A stretch of DNA of 64,000 nt from the IMG/VR virus record IMGVR_UViG_3300037325_000203; one strand, written 5' to 3'. Shown here in pieces: positions 1-10,314 of this stretch. Source of the DNA: a virus. Numbering within the stretch: position 1 is the stretch's first letter; each line of letters begins with the position of its first letter. The notes under the pieces are model-generated. The model was given only the letters and a program-made list of their open reading frames with translations. It made no database searches and was not told the DNA's origin. A program made the translations under genes and the position numbers.

Positions 1-157
1 CGACCGCTTTTTCTGCTTCCCAGCCCCAAGCGTGGCTGCGGGAAGCGGGATTGCCGAAATTTTCGCGCAGCCAGGGAATCATGGCATCCACTACCCGGGG
101 GTCGCAGGGGTTGGTGGAGCTGTAATCTAGATAAATGGGGAAATGGGGCGTGCTCAT
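1..157 (-). CDS. iscS: Cysteine desulfurase IscS, 5' fragment running off the window edge, host-like
   Basis: Hand translation [52 protein letters not shown] has the IscS N-terminal motifs IYLDY and FGNPASRSH; clearly more GC-rich than the rest of the window. Confidence 0.93.
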   Translation of the reverse strand, partial: MSTPHFPIYLDYSSTNPCDPRVVDAMIPWLRENFGNPASRSHAWGWEAEKAV

Positions 158-308
158 GGGTGTCGCTTCAAAAGAGTGCTGTCGGCCTATTGGGCAAGAG
201 ACTGGGACGTGGGTTTAGGGTGTGCAATCGGCTGGGGTGCAGGTTACTGTCAACTGAGACAAGATTGCGGGAATTTCGTAATGGTCAACCACTTTTCAAG
301 ATAAGGCA

Positions 309-1046
309 TTAATATCTCCCATATGCGTTACCTGTTACCGGGTCGTTTGTTCCTTTGTAGAAATGGGAATCATACCCGTGTATAACGGACATAACCCCTT
401 CCTTCTGTCGCTGCGGCACTTCTTCGTCAGTTAACTGATACATTTGGTCAGGCATTACTCGCCTAAACCATTCTGCAATTAGCGGCCTGACATCTCGGCC
501 TGGGTCGGTTTCCTCTAAAATATCCAACTCGTCATTAAGCTCGTCGTCCTCAATAATTTCACTTATGAAGATAGGAGCAATTGCTGCCGGAATTGGACGC
601 TCAAACATTTTTTTAACAAGATCAAAGTCTCTGGGCGTTAGTGGTAACTTGGTTATCGCTTCGGCGATTCTTTTTTTCACAGAACGGTACCCATATCTGA
701 TGGCGCCGTATTTCATATCCATCTTATCGGCCGCACGGGATGCTCTTAGCATATTAGCATACGGTCCGGATACTTTTTCTCCAGTGCGGCGATCATATAC
801 TTCATACTGGTCGTCGGAATCTTCGGCAACTTCATGTGTCTTAGGAATAATGTCTCTTAATTGGTGGTAATCATTTCTAAGCTGTGACTTTAAGAATTCT
901 CTGCCCTTGGTGGATGTCATCGGATTAAGTATCTTATCTACATACCGGTCCATTCTGTCCTGGAGTAATCCTATCTTTCGGGCAGCGCCGGGTGGTAGAC
1001 TTCTGTCGGTAGTGCCTTTAGGTAGTAAAATTTCTAGTATTTTCAT
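309..1046 (-). CDS. Hypothetical late protein, possible internal head protein
   Basis: ORF; probable start MKILEILL at 1046, 5 nt after a GATAAATA motif. Confidence 0.6.
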   Translation of the reverse strand: MKILEILLPKGTTDRSLPPGAARKIGLLQDRMDRYVDKILNPMTSTKGREFLKSQLRNDYHQLRDIIPKTHEVAEDSDDQYEVYDRRTGEKVSGPYANMLRASRAADKMDMKYGAIRYGYRSVKKRIAEAITKLPLTPRDFDLVKKMFERPIPAAIAPIFISEIIEDDELNDELDILEETDPGRDVRPLIAEWFRRVMPDQMYQLTDEEVPQRQKEGVMSVIHGYDSHFYKGTNDPVTGNAYGRY

Positions 1047-1107
1047 ACTTGTATTTATCACTAAAGTGCAATACACATTAAAAAGAAAGGAGACTAGCGG
1101 CCAGGCA

Positions 1108-1470
1108 TCATGCGAATGCTCTCTTTACAGAAGCAGGAACAAACTCGGCACCTAGTTCGGCTGCTGCCTGTGTCATTGATGGTAGCATGAATACAGCGCC
1201 GGGCATGGACATAAATGCTGCAAACCTAGCTGCAACAAATGAATCCTTTGCTTTCTTATTTGCAGATGCAATTTCATTCATTGTGGCGTCACCACGTGAT
1301 GCGCGAGTATAGATGGAAATAACTTCTTTTACATTATCTGCTTCTTCAGTGAATGCAGACTGAGCTTTCTCCATGGCCGACTTCATTTCCTCTGGAGTCT
1401 TTGGATATCCCGCAAAATAGTCAGTTGTTAGTTTAAAGAGGTCCTGGGGTGTTTTAATTGTTTTTGTCAT
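1108..1470 (-). CDS. Hypothetical helical, Ala-rich protein
   Basis: ORF; likely start MTKTIK at 1470 with a GGAGA Shine-Dalgarno. Confidence 0.55.
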   Translation of the reverse strand: MTKTIKTPQDLFKLTTDYFAGYPKTPEEMKSAMEKAQSAFTEEADNVKEVISIYTRASRGDATMNEIASANKKAKDSFVAARFAAFMSMPGAVFMLPSMTQAAAELGAEFVPASVKRAFA

Positions 1471-1616
1471 TTGATTTCTCCATTGTGTGCTATTATAGCC
1501 ATGATGATAAACTAGCTCACTATGAGCACAGTTTGTACTATTATATATACTTATCTGCTGCACTGCAACATTCCGGTATTATGTGGTAAATGAGATAATA
1601 ATTACTCAACAAAAAG

Positions 1617-2162
1617 TTATTTAGATTTAACTATACCACGTTGTGTATTCTTATAAACTAGCTCCATAACACTTCCACTGAGCCCTGGCGGTAGTCCTTG
1701 GAAGAATTTATTCTTATTGCCTTCATTTGCATACTTACGCAACTTGGATGCACTAATTCCTGCGATACCCCTTGACCCTGAAACACGTTCACCTGCAGAA
1801 ACAACTTCGAAATGTATACCCCATTGGTCAGTATATTTTTTAAACGCACTGTAGCAGGTGACCTGGTCTGACCCAGCTATCATGATAATATTATCGTAGG
1901 TGTCCTTTAAAATTTCTATCGCAATAAATGGATTCTTTACGGAAACATCATTTGATATGTTGACACCCGTAAATGCATTTACGCATACTCGCCTCTTAAA
2001 GTCCCATTCCAGAGGATCATTTGGCGCTCTATTTGTTTGCGAAAGATATACGATATGATCCGCACCTATTTTTTTCGCTGTTTGTACTACTTTAGAAACA
2101 AGTAATTTATGCCCCCTGGTAGGTGGATTCATTCTGCCAAATGTAAATACAACCGAGCTCAT
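1617..2162 (-). CDS. Cytidylyltransferase-like (HxGH) nucleotidyltransferase
   Basis: TFGRMNPPTRGH and ISASKLR motifs. Confidence 0.85.
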   Translation of the reverse strand: MSSVVFTFGRMNPPTRGHKLLVSKVVQTAKKIGADHIVYLSQTNRAPNDPLEWDFKRRVCVNAFTGVNISNDVSVKNPFIAIEILKDTYDNIIMIAGSDQVTCYSAFKKYTDQWGIHFEVVSAGERVSGSRGIAGISASKLRKYANEGNKNKFFQGLPPGLSGSVMELVYKNTQRGIVKSK

Positions 2163-2247
2163 AAAGCAGTATAGTACAATACTACATGTATGTCTTCCTT
2201 TGAGTAGGTTCTGGTTTTACCCAGGTTTACCGCATCGAGACTCGATG

Positions 2248-2586
2248 CTAGTAATTCGCATCGTCATCCAGATATGAATATTTTGCATTGTCTTCTCGAT
2301 TCCAGTATCTCGTATCGTCTTCCCGACGTCTGTATCTCGAATCATCTTTATTGTCTAGAAATTTGTTTATACCCTGATATCCTGTACCATAAGCTAAATA
2401 TCCAAGAAAATATTCGATACTCATTGATCCTGCAATGGCTAATTGAAACATAAAAACAGTTGCACCAAATGCAACTAGAATAGCAATAATTCTGGCGTGG
2501 GAGTATTTGCCTGTGGCATTATCCTGACATGCTTCTTTTATGATGCAACAAAAAGACCGTATTATACTGGCTATCGTTTTAAACAT
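2248..2586 (-). CDS. Small membrane protein, holin-like
   Basis: Two hydrophobic segments, charged C-terminal tail, late motif upstream. Confidence 0.45.
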   Translation of the reverse strand: MFKTIASIIRSFCCIIKEACQDNATGKYSHARIIAILVAFGATVFMFQLAIAGSMSIEYFLGYLAYGTGYQGINKFLDNKDDSRYRRREDDTRYWNREDNAKYSYLDDDANY

Positions 2587-2664
2587 TTTATATCTCCGAA
2601 TATAATATTTATCTGGAACTCGTAAGAAAGACCTGCGTTGAGCAATACTTTTATCGATAAACTA

Positions 2665-4164
2665 TTAAGAGATTCTTACAAAGCTGCCGTTGGCAAACCA
2701 AACTTCACCTACTGTATACTGGGCCAGAGTAGCAGGCAGAGAGCTAGCACCAATAATCGTGCCGCCGGTGTTACTACGCAATGTTATTAGTCCAACACCC
2801 AAGTTAATGATAACAAACGCATCGCCGTTTGTTGCACTGGCTGGCATATCGATATTAATATCGGTACCAGACGACACAGGAATATGTTTGCGATTTGCGT
2901 GAGCTACCACAGTCAATACTGCTGACTCCGTTATCACCGCAGGCGGTTCTGTGCTGGCAATCGGATTAACCCATGTGCCGTCGCCGCGCCAGAATGTTAA
3001 TGCAGTTGCGCCTGCTGCACCATTTAGACGAGTGACAGGAAGATTACTTGTAATACTCGAAGAAGAGCCGGTGGTATCTTGATTAAAAGTAGGGAAGTTT
3101 GTAAGTAATTCTGCGCTTCCATTTGGTACCAAATAGTCGGTCCCTGCTACGAAGTTTGCAACACGATAATCATTTGCATATTGGTTATTCGTCGAGTTAT
3201 CACCGGTATTAGTACCAGATAAGTTTGATCCAGTAACTGCCCCGGTTGCTGCAACCGAGGTAGGTGTAATTGCACCAAGTGTCAATGTAATTGCAGGAGT
3301 ACTTGTGTTGGTTGTTACGGAACCAGTAACACCATTGGCGCCTGTCACAGAAACAGACGTAACTGTGCCTCCCTCGGCACCGGAAACATCGGCCCAGCTA
3401 GCAGTAGTTCCATCGGATGTCAAAAACTTGCTGGCAGCGGATGCCTGTGCAGGTAACAGCCCAGTTAGTGTCTGATCACCGGTATTAGTACCAGATAAGT
3501 TTGATCCAGTAACTGCCCCGGTTGCTGCAACCGAGGTAGGTGTAATTGCACCAAGTGTCAATGTAATTGCAGGAGTACTTGTGTTGGTTGTTACGGAACC
3601 AGTAACACCATTGGCGCCTGTCACAGAAACAGACGTAACTGTGCCGCTAGGACCGGTAGGAGGGGCGGTCCAGGCACCATCGGCACGCAAGAAGTTTGAT
3701 GAACCGCCGCCGGACATTGGAGTCAATCCATCTGCTATGGCAGTAAATACTGTTAACGCAGGTGGTATGACGGTTGTCCCGGCAATTACTAATCCTTTTT
3801 CGTTTACAGTTACACTATTGAATGTACCAACATTTGAATTCACTGTTGCGAGAGTAAGAGCAGTCGCTCCCGTAACATCGCCCGTATGAGTTGCATTAGA
3901 AACTTTTAATGTGTTAGCTGCTACTGCAAGATTGGTAGCAATGAGCCCATTTGCATTGGCTACTACAGCAACGTTGGAATTAACAACAATAGAAACAGCA
4001 GCAGCAAAATTACTAATCGTAGAGGATGTTTGTTGACCGGTATGATTTACCCTGTTTAGTAGAAAAGAGTCAAGTGATATCCCGATACCGTCCCTGATTT
4101 GTTTGAGCTGAGCCGGTGTTGCGGTTACCGCAACACCGCCGGCCGTTTGTAAATTAATTGCCAT
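2665..4164 (-). CDS. Tail-fibre/spike-like Gly/Thr/Ser-rich structural protein
   Basis: FLRADGAW, FWRGDGTW, GTVTSVSVT and LSGTNTGD fibre-type motifs. Confidence 0.75.
   Translation of the reverse strand: MAINLQTAGGVAVTATPAQLKQIRDGIGISLDSFLLNRVNHTGQQTSSTISNFAAAVSIVVNSNVAVVANANGLIATNLAVAANTLKVSNATHTGDVTGATALTLATVNSNVGTFNSVTVNEKGLVIAGTTVIPPALTVFTAIADGLTPMSGGGSSNFLRADGAWTAPPTGPSGTVTSVSVTGANGVTGSVTTNTSTPAITLTLGAITPTSVAATGAVTGSNLSGTNTGDQTLTGLLPAQASAASKFLTSDGTTASWADVSGAEGGTVTSVSVTGANGVTGSVTTNTSTPAITLTLGAITPTSVAATGAVTGSNLSGTNTGDNSTNNQYANDYRVANFVAGTDYLVPNGSAELLTNFPTFNQDTTGSSSSITSNLPVTRLNGAAGATALTFWRGDGTWVNPIASTEPPAVITESAVLTVVAHANRKHIPVSSGTDINIDMPASATNGDAFVIINLGVGLITLRSNTGGTIIGASSLPATLAQYTVGEVWFANGSFVRIS
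3199..3645. repeat. Exact 171-bp in-frame direct repeat (3199-3369 and 3475-3645)
   Basis: Identical copies 276 bp apart, duplicating a 57-aa fibre module. Confidence 0.95.
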
Positions 4165-4284
4165 GATAGTCTTCCTTAAAAATTATTGTTCTTTCATTTA
4201 TCATAATATAATAAAGCTGGAATCGAATAAAGCAATACTATTACCTAACAGTAAGTTGCTTGCTAGCATTTCAGTAATTAGCCG

Positions 4285-4560
4285 TTATGCTAACTGGGAA
4301 AATATTACGATACTCTCTCCACCTATAAAGGAAGTATTAAATGTCAATCGAGTATTACTAGTTACAGTGTATGCCCTTGCTGACCTTCTATTTGTAGGGA
4401 CCATTCACAAAAACTTGAATAAATTCCTTGCCTGGCGTTTTTCCCTGTAATCTGATATCGACTACATTTACAATATTTCCGACTGTTGCGATAACCTCTT
4501 CATAATAACCAATTATGAGTGTTTGCCAACCGGCAGCAGTATCCGATGTAGCGTTTAACA
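4285..4560 (-). pseudogene. Frameshifted relic of a fibre/baseplate beta domain
   Basis: IQVFVNG / LQIEG / SARAYTVTSNTRLTFNTSFIGGESIVIFSQLA* read across two 1-nt shifts; resembles VFVNGLMQVEGLLYTVTGSNQITF in 57431-58855. Confidence 0.7.
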
Positions 4561-4711
4561 CGCCAACCAAATGCTCCTGGTTTCGCTTCGGGGTAGCTAC
4601 CTCCTCATCGGTCAAAACGGGCTTTGCCTTCATCACGTTGACCAAGTTCACACTGTCCATGGCTGCGGTGTAGTGCTTTGAAATTTGTTCGGAAGTGTTT
4701 TCGATATTCAT
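4388..4711 (-). CDS. Fibre-associated small protein fused to the relic domain
   Basis: N-terminal half QISKHYTAAMDSVNL...RNQEHL lies in the GC-richer cassette; start overlaps the upstream stop (ATGA). Confidence 0.55.
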   Translation of the reverse strand: MNIENTSEQISKHYTAAMDSVNLVNVMKAKPVLTDEEVATPKRNQEHLVGVLNATSDTAAGWQTLIIGYYEEVIATVGNIVNVVDIRLQGKTPGKEFIQVFVNGPYK

Positions 4712-5727
4712 GGTTTGCTTTCAAGCGCCGTTAGGCGGGTTGTAAGTGCTTCAATCAGGGCTTGTTGTTCTTGAATGGCTTTTACCAATACAGGGATCAA
4801 TGCAGTATCAATCATCCGCAGTTTGTCTGCGTCTTCGTTATCCACGATCACTGGGCTATCACCCTCAAGCGCCAGTACATCCTGTGCTCTAAACCCGTAA
4901 CGCACGCCACCATTGGTTTCATCAGAGTCCCGTGCAGTGCGGAACTGGTACGCAATAGGTTGCAACCCTTTTACGAACTCTAGGCCGTGGGGCACAGACG
5001 TGAAGTTTGTCTTGTCCCTAGCATCTGACACTACCGTCCATGCCACTTGTATGTAGGCGTTGGTAACGCCCGTCGAACCCATGCAAAAACGGTCGTTCTC
5101 TGTAGTTGGGTTAAAGACTGGAGCGTAAGTGCCTGCTGAATTTAATGGGTTAATCGCTGTGTTTCCACTGCCTGTGGTGTTGTAGCGGAGTGCGCTCCAC
5201 CCGCTGGCTGTGTTGGAGTTGCCCGTGGTGTTGAAGCTGAGTGCGCTCCGCCCACTGGCTGTGTTACTGCCGCCAGTGGTGTTGCTATTGAGTGCGAACT
5301 CCCCGCTGGCTGTGTTCCCGCTGCCCGTGGTGTTGCTCAGGAGTGCGTCCCGCCCACTGGCTGTGTTGTCGCTGCCAATGGTGTTGTTAGCTAACGCATC
5401 TAAACCCAATGCGGTATTGGTATCAATTGATCCAGCTCCTATTCCAATTGTTAGCTGATTAATAGTTGCATCATTGGCCAATGCTAATGTGGCGCCATCA
5501 AATGTCATGTTTGCAGAACCTGCAAACACACCATTATCGTTAAATTGTACTTGCGTGTCTAACCCGGCGGGTTTGCTACCGGCTTCGTCGCCTTGCTCAG
5601 GTGCAGTTCCGGAATTAGCAAATGCTCCCCTAACAGAATCGTATACAAGATACTGTCCATGTATTACATTCTTTATATAGAAAGATGGTACATATTGGTT
5701 AACTAGAGTGTTTACGCCTACGATCAT
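4708..5727 (-). CDS. Tail fibre with 14-aa beta-helix repeats and C-terminal peptidase S74 intramolecular chaperone
   Basis: Repeated NTTGxxNTASG; SDARDK cleavage motif; YGFRAQD; LIPVLVKAIQE coiled coil. Confidence 0.88.
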   Translation of the reverse strand: MIVGVNTLVNQYVPSFYIKNVIHGQYLVYDSVRGAFANSGTAPEQGDEAGSKPAGLDTQVQFNDNGVFAGSANMTFDGATLALANDATINQLTIGIGAGSIDTNTALGLDALANNTIGSDNTASGRDALLSNTTGSGNTASGEFALNSNTTGGSNTASGRSALSFNTTGNSNTASGWSALRYNTTGSGNTAINPLNSAGTYAPVFNPTTENDRFCMGSTGVTNAYIQVAWTVVSDARDKTNFTSVPHGLEFVKGLQPIAYQFRTARDSDETNGGVRYGFRAQDVLALEGDSPVIVDNEDADKLRMIDTALIPVLVKAIQEQQALIEALTTRLTALESKP

Positions 5728-5736
5728 ATTGGTTCC

Positions 5737-6174
5737 TTATAAGCTTATCAGCACCTTGTCGATCTGACCCCATTGCCAAGTTTGCCACAGCGGGCCTTCA
5801 ACATATGATTGTATGTAATCCCGAGTCAGAACAGCCCTTAAATGTACAAAATTACCAACAAATGTAAATGCATCCGATCCGGTGTCACCGCCATTTCTGC
5901 CTGTAGGCGCATATGGGTCACGGGGGAAAGTTAAAAAGGGTGTGTTAACATCTGCCAATGGATTTATTTGTATCCAAAACCAGTCTTCCGGTTCGGGTGA
6001 TATTGCAAGAGTTCCTTGTATACCAAACCCTGCTACTAGATTTTGGTAAACCACCTGAACGGTGTGTATTCCGTCGGTATAGCCATAGTAAGCATTTCCC
6101 CGGATTGGCTCTGATATAAGGTTCCATTTCATACCGGTGCTGGTCATCATTACTGTGGATTTTCTAATTGCCAT
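5737..6174 (-). CDS. Hypothetical phage late protein
   Basis: ORF with SD and GATAAATA upstream. Confidence 0.6.
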   Translation of the reverse strand: MAIRKSTVMMTSTGMKWNLISEPIRGNAYYGYTDGIHTVQVVYQNLVAGFGIQGTLAISPEPEDWFWIQINPLADVNTPFLTFPRDPYAPTGRNGGDTGSDAFTFVGNFVHLRAVLTRDYIQSYVEGPLWQTWQWGQIDKVLISL

Positions 6175-6241
6175 ATTGTTCCTATGCTTCTGTGTTATTT
6201 ATCAGAAACGAGCATAGGATACCACTATAACGCGACCCAAT

Positions 6242-6268
6242 AAAAAACCGCCACTAAGGGCGGTTTTT
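6242..6268. terminator. Intrinsic terminator after clpA
   Basis: AAAAAACCGCC-actaag-GGCGGTTTTT. Confidence 0.85.
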
Positions 6269-6283
6269 ATTTCTATTTGATTA

Positions 6284-8500
6284 TTAAATCATTGCAACTT
6301 CTTCGACGGTGTCTAACACGCTAACACATATATCGTCTTTGGCAACATCTACATTTGCTCGACCACCAAGTTTTAACTTACCGAATAAGATTTCAGTAGA
6401 CAGCGGTCTCTTTACTTTCTGTTCGAATAGCCTCTCGAATGGCCTTGCTCCCATCTTCGGATCGTATCCATTCTTTGCAAGCCAATCGCGAGCTGCTTGA
6501 GTTACATTAATGCTAATATTCTTAGGTTCTAACATTACTTCTGTCTTTTCAACTTCGGCATTGACAATAAGATTCATTTCTGTCATTGTGAGCTTGTTGA
6601 ATTTAACTGTTGCATCCAAGCGATTTCTGAATTCTGGACTTAGAAATCTCTTGATTTCTTTATCAACTGCGCCTGAATTGTCTTGGTCGCCGAATCCAAT
6701 TCTGAGTTTTTCAGCATCTGATGAACCTAGATTAGCTGACATAATGATAATCACATTTGAGAAGTCAACAGTTTTTCCCTTAGCAGAAGTCAATCTGCCA
6801 TCATCCATTACCTGTAATAAGACTGTTAGTATATCGGGGTGTGCTTTTTCGATCTCATCGAGTAACAGAACACAATTTGGATCAGTATCAATTACTTGAA
6901 TCAGTTGACCTTCACCCATCTTACCTTCTCCATGACCGACGTAGCCAGGGGGAGCGCCAATTAATTTCGCCACAGTATGCTTCTCCATATACTCCGACAA
7001 GTCGAATCTATGTAACTTTACCCCCAAGGATTCGGCTAATTTCTTGGCTGTATAAGTCTTGCCAGTACCTGTAGGACCAGTAAATAGGAAATTACCAATG
7101 GGCTTGGATGGGTTACGCAGACCTGCCTTAGACAAATAAATTGCTTCTACGAGCTTATCGATTGCTTCATCTTGACCGTATACTTTATCCTTAACTCTTG
7201 TCGACAAATTAGCCAGTGAGTCGTTTTCCTTCATATCCATCATCTGCGGAGGAATGCGGGCGAGCTTGGCAGCTTGTCTAAGTACCAAATCTGTGGTTAC
7301 CACTTTTTGTTCTAGTAGCTTAGCGATAGCACCGGCAGAATCCATAATGTCAATTGCCTTATCTGGGAAGAACTTTTGCTTCATGTACCGGTCGGAAAGA
7401 TCAACACATAAATCTAGGGCACCTTCGGCGAAAGTTACTCCGTGGAATTTTTCGTATTGATATGCGACTCCAGCAAGAATTAACTTCGTCTCCGCAGCAG
7501 ATGGCTGGTTGATGTCGTATTTCTGGAACCGACGCAACAGCGCTTTATCCTTCTCGAAGTGCTCATGGAACTCATCGTATGTAGTCGCACCAACACACAT
7601 TAGTTCGCCCTTTGCGAGCATAGGCTTTAACAAGTTTCCTGCATCCATCTGACTGCCTGTAGTAGATCCGGCTCCCAAAATCATGTGAATCTCGTCGATG
7701 AACATGATACAGTTGCCCAGCTTCTTAACCTGATCTAGAACACCCTTAAGACGTTCTTCAAAATCCCCGCGAAACTTAGTGCCGGCAAGCAGTGCTCCTA
7801 AGTCCAGGCTATAGACAACCTTGTCTTGCAGGGCCATTGGAACTTCTTTCTTTGAAATTTTAAGTGCAAGTCCTTCTGCAAGTGCAGTCTTTCCTACCCC
7901 GGGTTCGCCCACATAAACAACGTTATTTTTCTTTCTGCGTGCCAAAATCTCTATTGTATCTGCAACTTCCTTTTCTCTGCCAATTACAGGATCGATACTA
8001 CCATTTGCTGCTTCTTTGTTGAGATTTCGACAAAACAACTCCAGCGCAGAACTTTGAGTTTCGGAGTCTTGCTCATCGGTATTATGCATCTGAGAAATAA
8101 TCTTTTCTCTTGTGACACCATTACATCCCAGAATGTAAACTGAATAACTTGTATCTTCGCTTAAGATACTCAGTAAAATTGTTTCATTATTCAGTTCGTT
8201 TCTGCCGCTAAAAACCAGTTGTGTCATTGCCCTCTGGAATGTTCGGTTCAAGACTTGAGTTCTTTTAGGTGGAATGCCTTTTAGGGATTCCGGCTTTTGC
8301 AAAATAGGATCTCCCAGAAACTTAATAACATCGGCTTTAATCTTTGCAGGTTGGCCGCCGACTGATAAGATCAGTTCATTCACGCCTTTCTCGTGTAACA
8401 GAGATAGGAGAATATGTTCGAGTGTTACATACTCATGATTATTATCTGTAGCTACAGCTACAGCACGTTCTACCATTTTTTCGACTTTTTTTGTACTCAT
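6284..8500 (-). CDS. clpA: ATP-dependent Clp protease ATP-binding subunit ClpA
   Basis: Clp N domain (HEYVTLEHILL), GEPGVGKT and GPTGTGKT Walker A, GAPPGYVG pore loop, IGF loop, no ClpB middle domain. Confidence 0.95.
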   Translation of the reverse strand: MSTKKVEKMVERAVAVATDNNHEYVTLEHILLSLLHEKGVNELILSVGGQPAKIKADVIKFLGDPILQKPESLKGIPPKRTQVLNRTFQRAMTQLVFSGRNELNNETILLSILSEDTSYSVYILGCNGVTREKIISQMHNTDEQDSETQSSALELFCRNLNKEAANGSIDPVIGREKEVADTIEILARRKKNNVVYVGEPGVGKTALAEGLALKISKKEVPMALQDKVVYSLDLGALLAGTKFRGDFEERLKGVLDQVKKLGNCIMFIDEIHMILGAGSTTGSQMDAGNLLKPMLAKGELMCVGATTYDEFHEHFEKDKALLRRFQKYDINQPSAAETKLILAGVAYQYEKFHGVTFAEGALDLCVDLSDRYMKQKFFPDKAIDIMDSAGAIAKLLEQKVVTTDLVLRQAAKLARIPPQMMDMKENDSLANLSTRVKDKVYGQDEAIDKLVEAIYLSKAGLRNPSKPIGNFLFTGPTGTGKTYTAKKLAESLGVKLHRFDLSEYMEKHTVAKLIGAPPGYVGHGEGKMGEGQLIQVIDTDPNCVLLLDEIEKAHPDILTVLLQVMDDGRLTSAKGKTVDFSNVIIIMSANLGSSDAEKLRIGFGDQDNSGAVDKEIKRFLSPEFRNRLDATVKFNKLTMTEMNLIVNAEVEKTEVMLEPKNISINVTQAARDWLAKNGYDPKMGARPFERLFEQKVKRPLSTEILFGKLKLGGRANVDVAKDDICVSVLDTVEEVAMI

Positions 8501-8509
8501 CTAATGTCC

Positions 8510-9328
8510 TTACAGTTTGATAGATTCTCGGTGACTTATTGTTCTGATTGCTGTTTTTTGTTCTTCGGATAATACCCTAGGCGTTGTGACTCTTATTCTT
8601 ATAAGCATGTCACCATACCTGTCGGTCTCCGGGTTCATCATCCCACGTCCGCTAAGTTTTACAATTTGCCCAGTTTGTATGCCCGACGGTATCTTAAACT
8701 GTAGTGTAACACCGTCTAAGTGGTCTAGTAAGGCCTCTGCGCCCAGCATAGCCTCAATAGCAGTAATTTCCACATCTAACAACAGGTCATCGTCGGACCT
8801 TTTGTATTTGTAACTTGGCTGTATATCTACGCGATATAAACTCGTGCCTATATAAAATTTTGTACCATCGCGCACCCCTTTGGGTATATTAATAGTACCG
8901 TCGGTTACTTTAACAGTACGGCCTGTGTAGGCATCTTCTAGGCTGATAGAAACAGAATAGGTCTGCACATTTTGTGTACGTTTTGCTTTGACCATATTGT
9001 TAAACATCTCATAGAAGTCATCGTCAAGTTTAGTTCCATGATCATGGGACCAGTCATGTTGAGTACCTCTGGGCTTAGAGCTTGAGCGTAAGAATGGATT
9101 ACCGCGCATATCATACATGCTTCGCTTTTCCGAATCGCATAGTGTTTCGTATGCTTCCTTGGCTTCTTTAAAAAGTGTCTCGGCAGCTAATTTCTCCGGG
9201 GAACCGTCTGCTCCAGAAATTTTATCGGGGTGGTGTTTACTTGCAAGCCTGCGATAGGCTTTCTTTATATCATCGTCCGACGAGTTCTTAGCAATGCCAA
9301 GGACTTCGTAATAATCCCGTTTGCTCAT
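8510..9328 (-). CDS. DnaJ/CbpA-type co-chaperone without zinc finger
   Basis: DYYEVLG...HPD J-domain plus DnaJ C-terminal domain. Confidence 0.92.
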   Translation of the reverse strand: MSKRDYYEVLGIAKNSSDDDIKKAYRRLASKHHPDKISGADGSPEKLAAETLFKEAKEAYETLCDSEKRSMYDMRGNPFLRSSSKPRGTQHDWSHDHGTKLDDDFYEMFNNMVKAKRTQNVQTYSVSISLEDAYTGRTVKVTDGTINIPKGVRDGTKFYIGTSLYRVDIQPSYKYKRSDDDLLLDVEITAIEAMLGAEALLDHLDGVTLQFKIPSGIQTGQIVKLSGRGMMNPETDRYGDMLIRIRVTTPRVLSEEQKTAIRTISHRESIKL

Positions 9329-9337
9329 ATGATAGCT

Positions 9338-9565
9338 TTAGAATCTGTAGGTAATTCTGCCAAGATTTAAGTCGTATGGGCTCATCTCTATTTCTACCAA
9401 ATCATCTAATAAAATTTGGATATTATTCTTCCTAATCTTGCCACTGATTATTGCATTTAAAGTATGACCATTTTCTAGTTTTACTTTAAATCGTGCGCCG
9501 GGCGATGCATCGGTAATTCTGCCTCTCGACACAATCATGTCGTCTTTATCTTTAGCCAAGTTCAA
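9338..9565 (-). CDS. infA: Translation initiation factor IF-1
   Basis: FKVKLENGH...[13 protein letters not shown]...[15 protein letters not shown]. Confidence 0.96.
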   Translation of the reverse strand: MNLAKDKDDMIVSRGRITDASPGARFKVKLENGHTLNAIISGKIRKNNIQILLDDLVEIEMSPYDLNLGRITYRF

Positions 9566-10314
9566 TTCCTGTAATCTAACTGAGTGTGTTTTAATAGCAT
9601 TACCTTATCGTCCCTACTGACGCAAAGGTATTTTCCTAGAGGAAGAACTTGGCAATTTCCCAACATACTCTGTAACACTTGAGCTTCGAAGGGATTTTGA
9701 CCAACTTTATAAGCAGACTCGCTTAGATAGTTTCTTCCAATAACAGTATCATAGTCGCCTATGTCTTTAACTTCGGCAATAATTTTTCTGCCATTACGTG
9801 ACATTGTAACAATATTACCATCGACTGTCAAGTTCTGAGCCAAGGAATCATTAAAAAACCTATATATGCTTTCTGTCATTTCTTTCATTTTAAATTCTTC
9901 CTTTGGTACATAGTCATCTGGTGTCAGTATTAGAGAATTATACAGGGCTGGATCCGTAGAAGCAAAAATACGGTCGTCAGCTAAGTACGTATTAACTTCC
10001 CAGTTAATCTTTCCTGCAACATTCTTAATATCTTTAAGTAATGCTTGAAATTTGTATGGAAATGTATCATCTCTGGACATTTCCACAAATACTAGGTATC
10101 TTCCCTCTTCATCCGTATTTGGGCTCACCTCAACATCTAGAGTATCAACTACTCCCCGTTGTATAAATGTGTTAAGGTCATCTGCGGGCTCTTGGTCGGT
10201 GAGATAGAATGCGACAACTATCACGTCTTCTTCATTGCCGGCTTTTGCCTCGAACTCGTCGATAGATACCTTTTGTAAAATTGTACCTTCTAAGTCGCCA
10301 TTTTTTAAACTCAT
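9562..10314 (-). CDS. Hypothetical phage protein
   Basis: 250-aa ORF coupled to its neighbours. Confidence 0.6.
   Translation of the reverse strand: MSLKNGDLEGTILQKVSIDEFEAKAGNEEDVIVVAFYLTDQEPADDLNTFIQRGVVDTLDVEVSPNTDEEGRYLVFVEMSRDDTFPYKFQALLKDIKNVAGKINWEVNTYLADDRIFASTDPALYNSLILTPDDYVPKEEFKMKEMTESIYRFFNDSLAQNLTVDGNIVTMSRNGRKIIAEVKDIGDYDTVIGRNYLSESAYKVGQNPFEAQVLQSMLGNCQVLPLGKYLCVSRDDKVMLLKHTQLDYRN

Noticed and set aside
3199-3645. Diversity-generating retroelement TR/VR pair
   Set aside because: The copies are identical with no adenine-specific mismatches, and there is no reverse transcriptase in the window.
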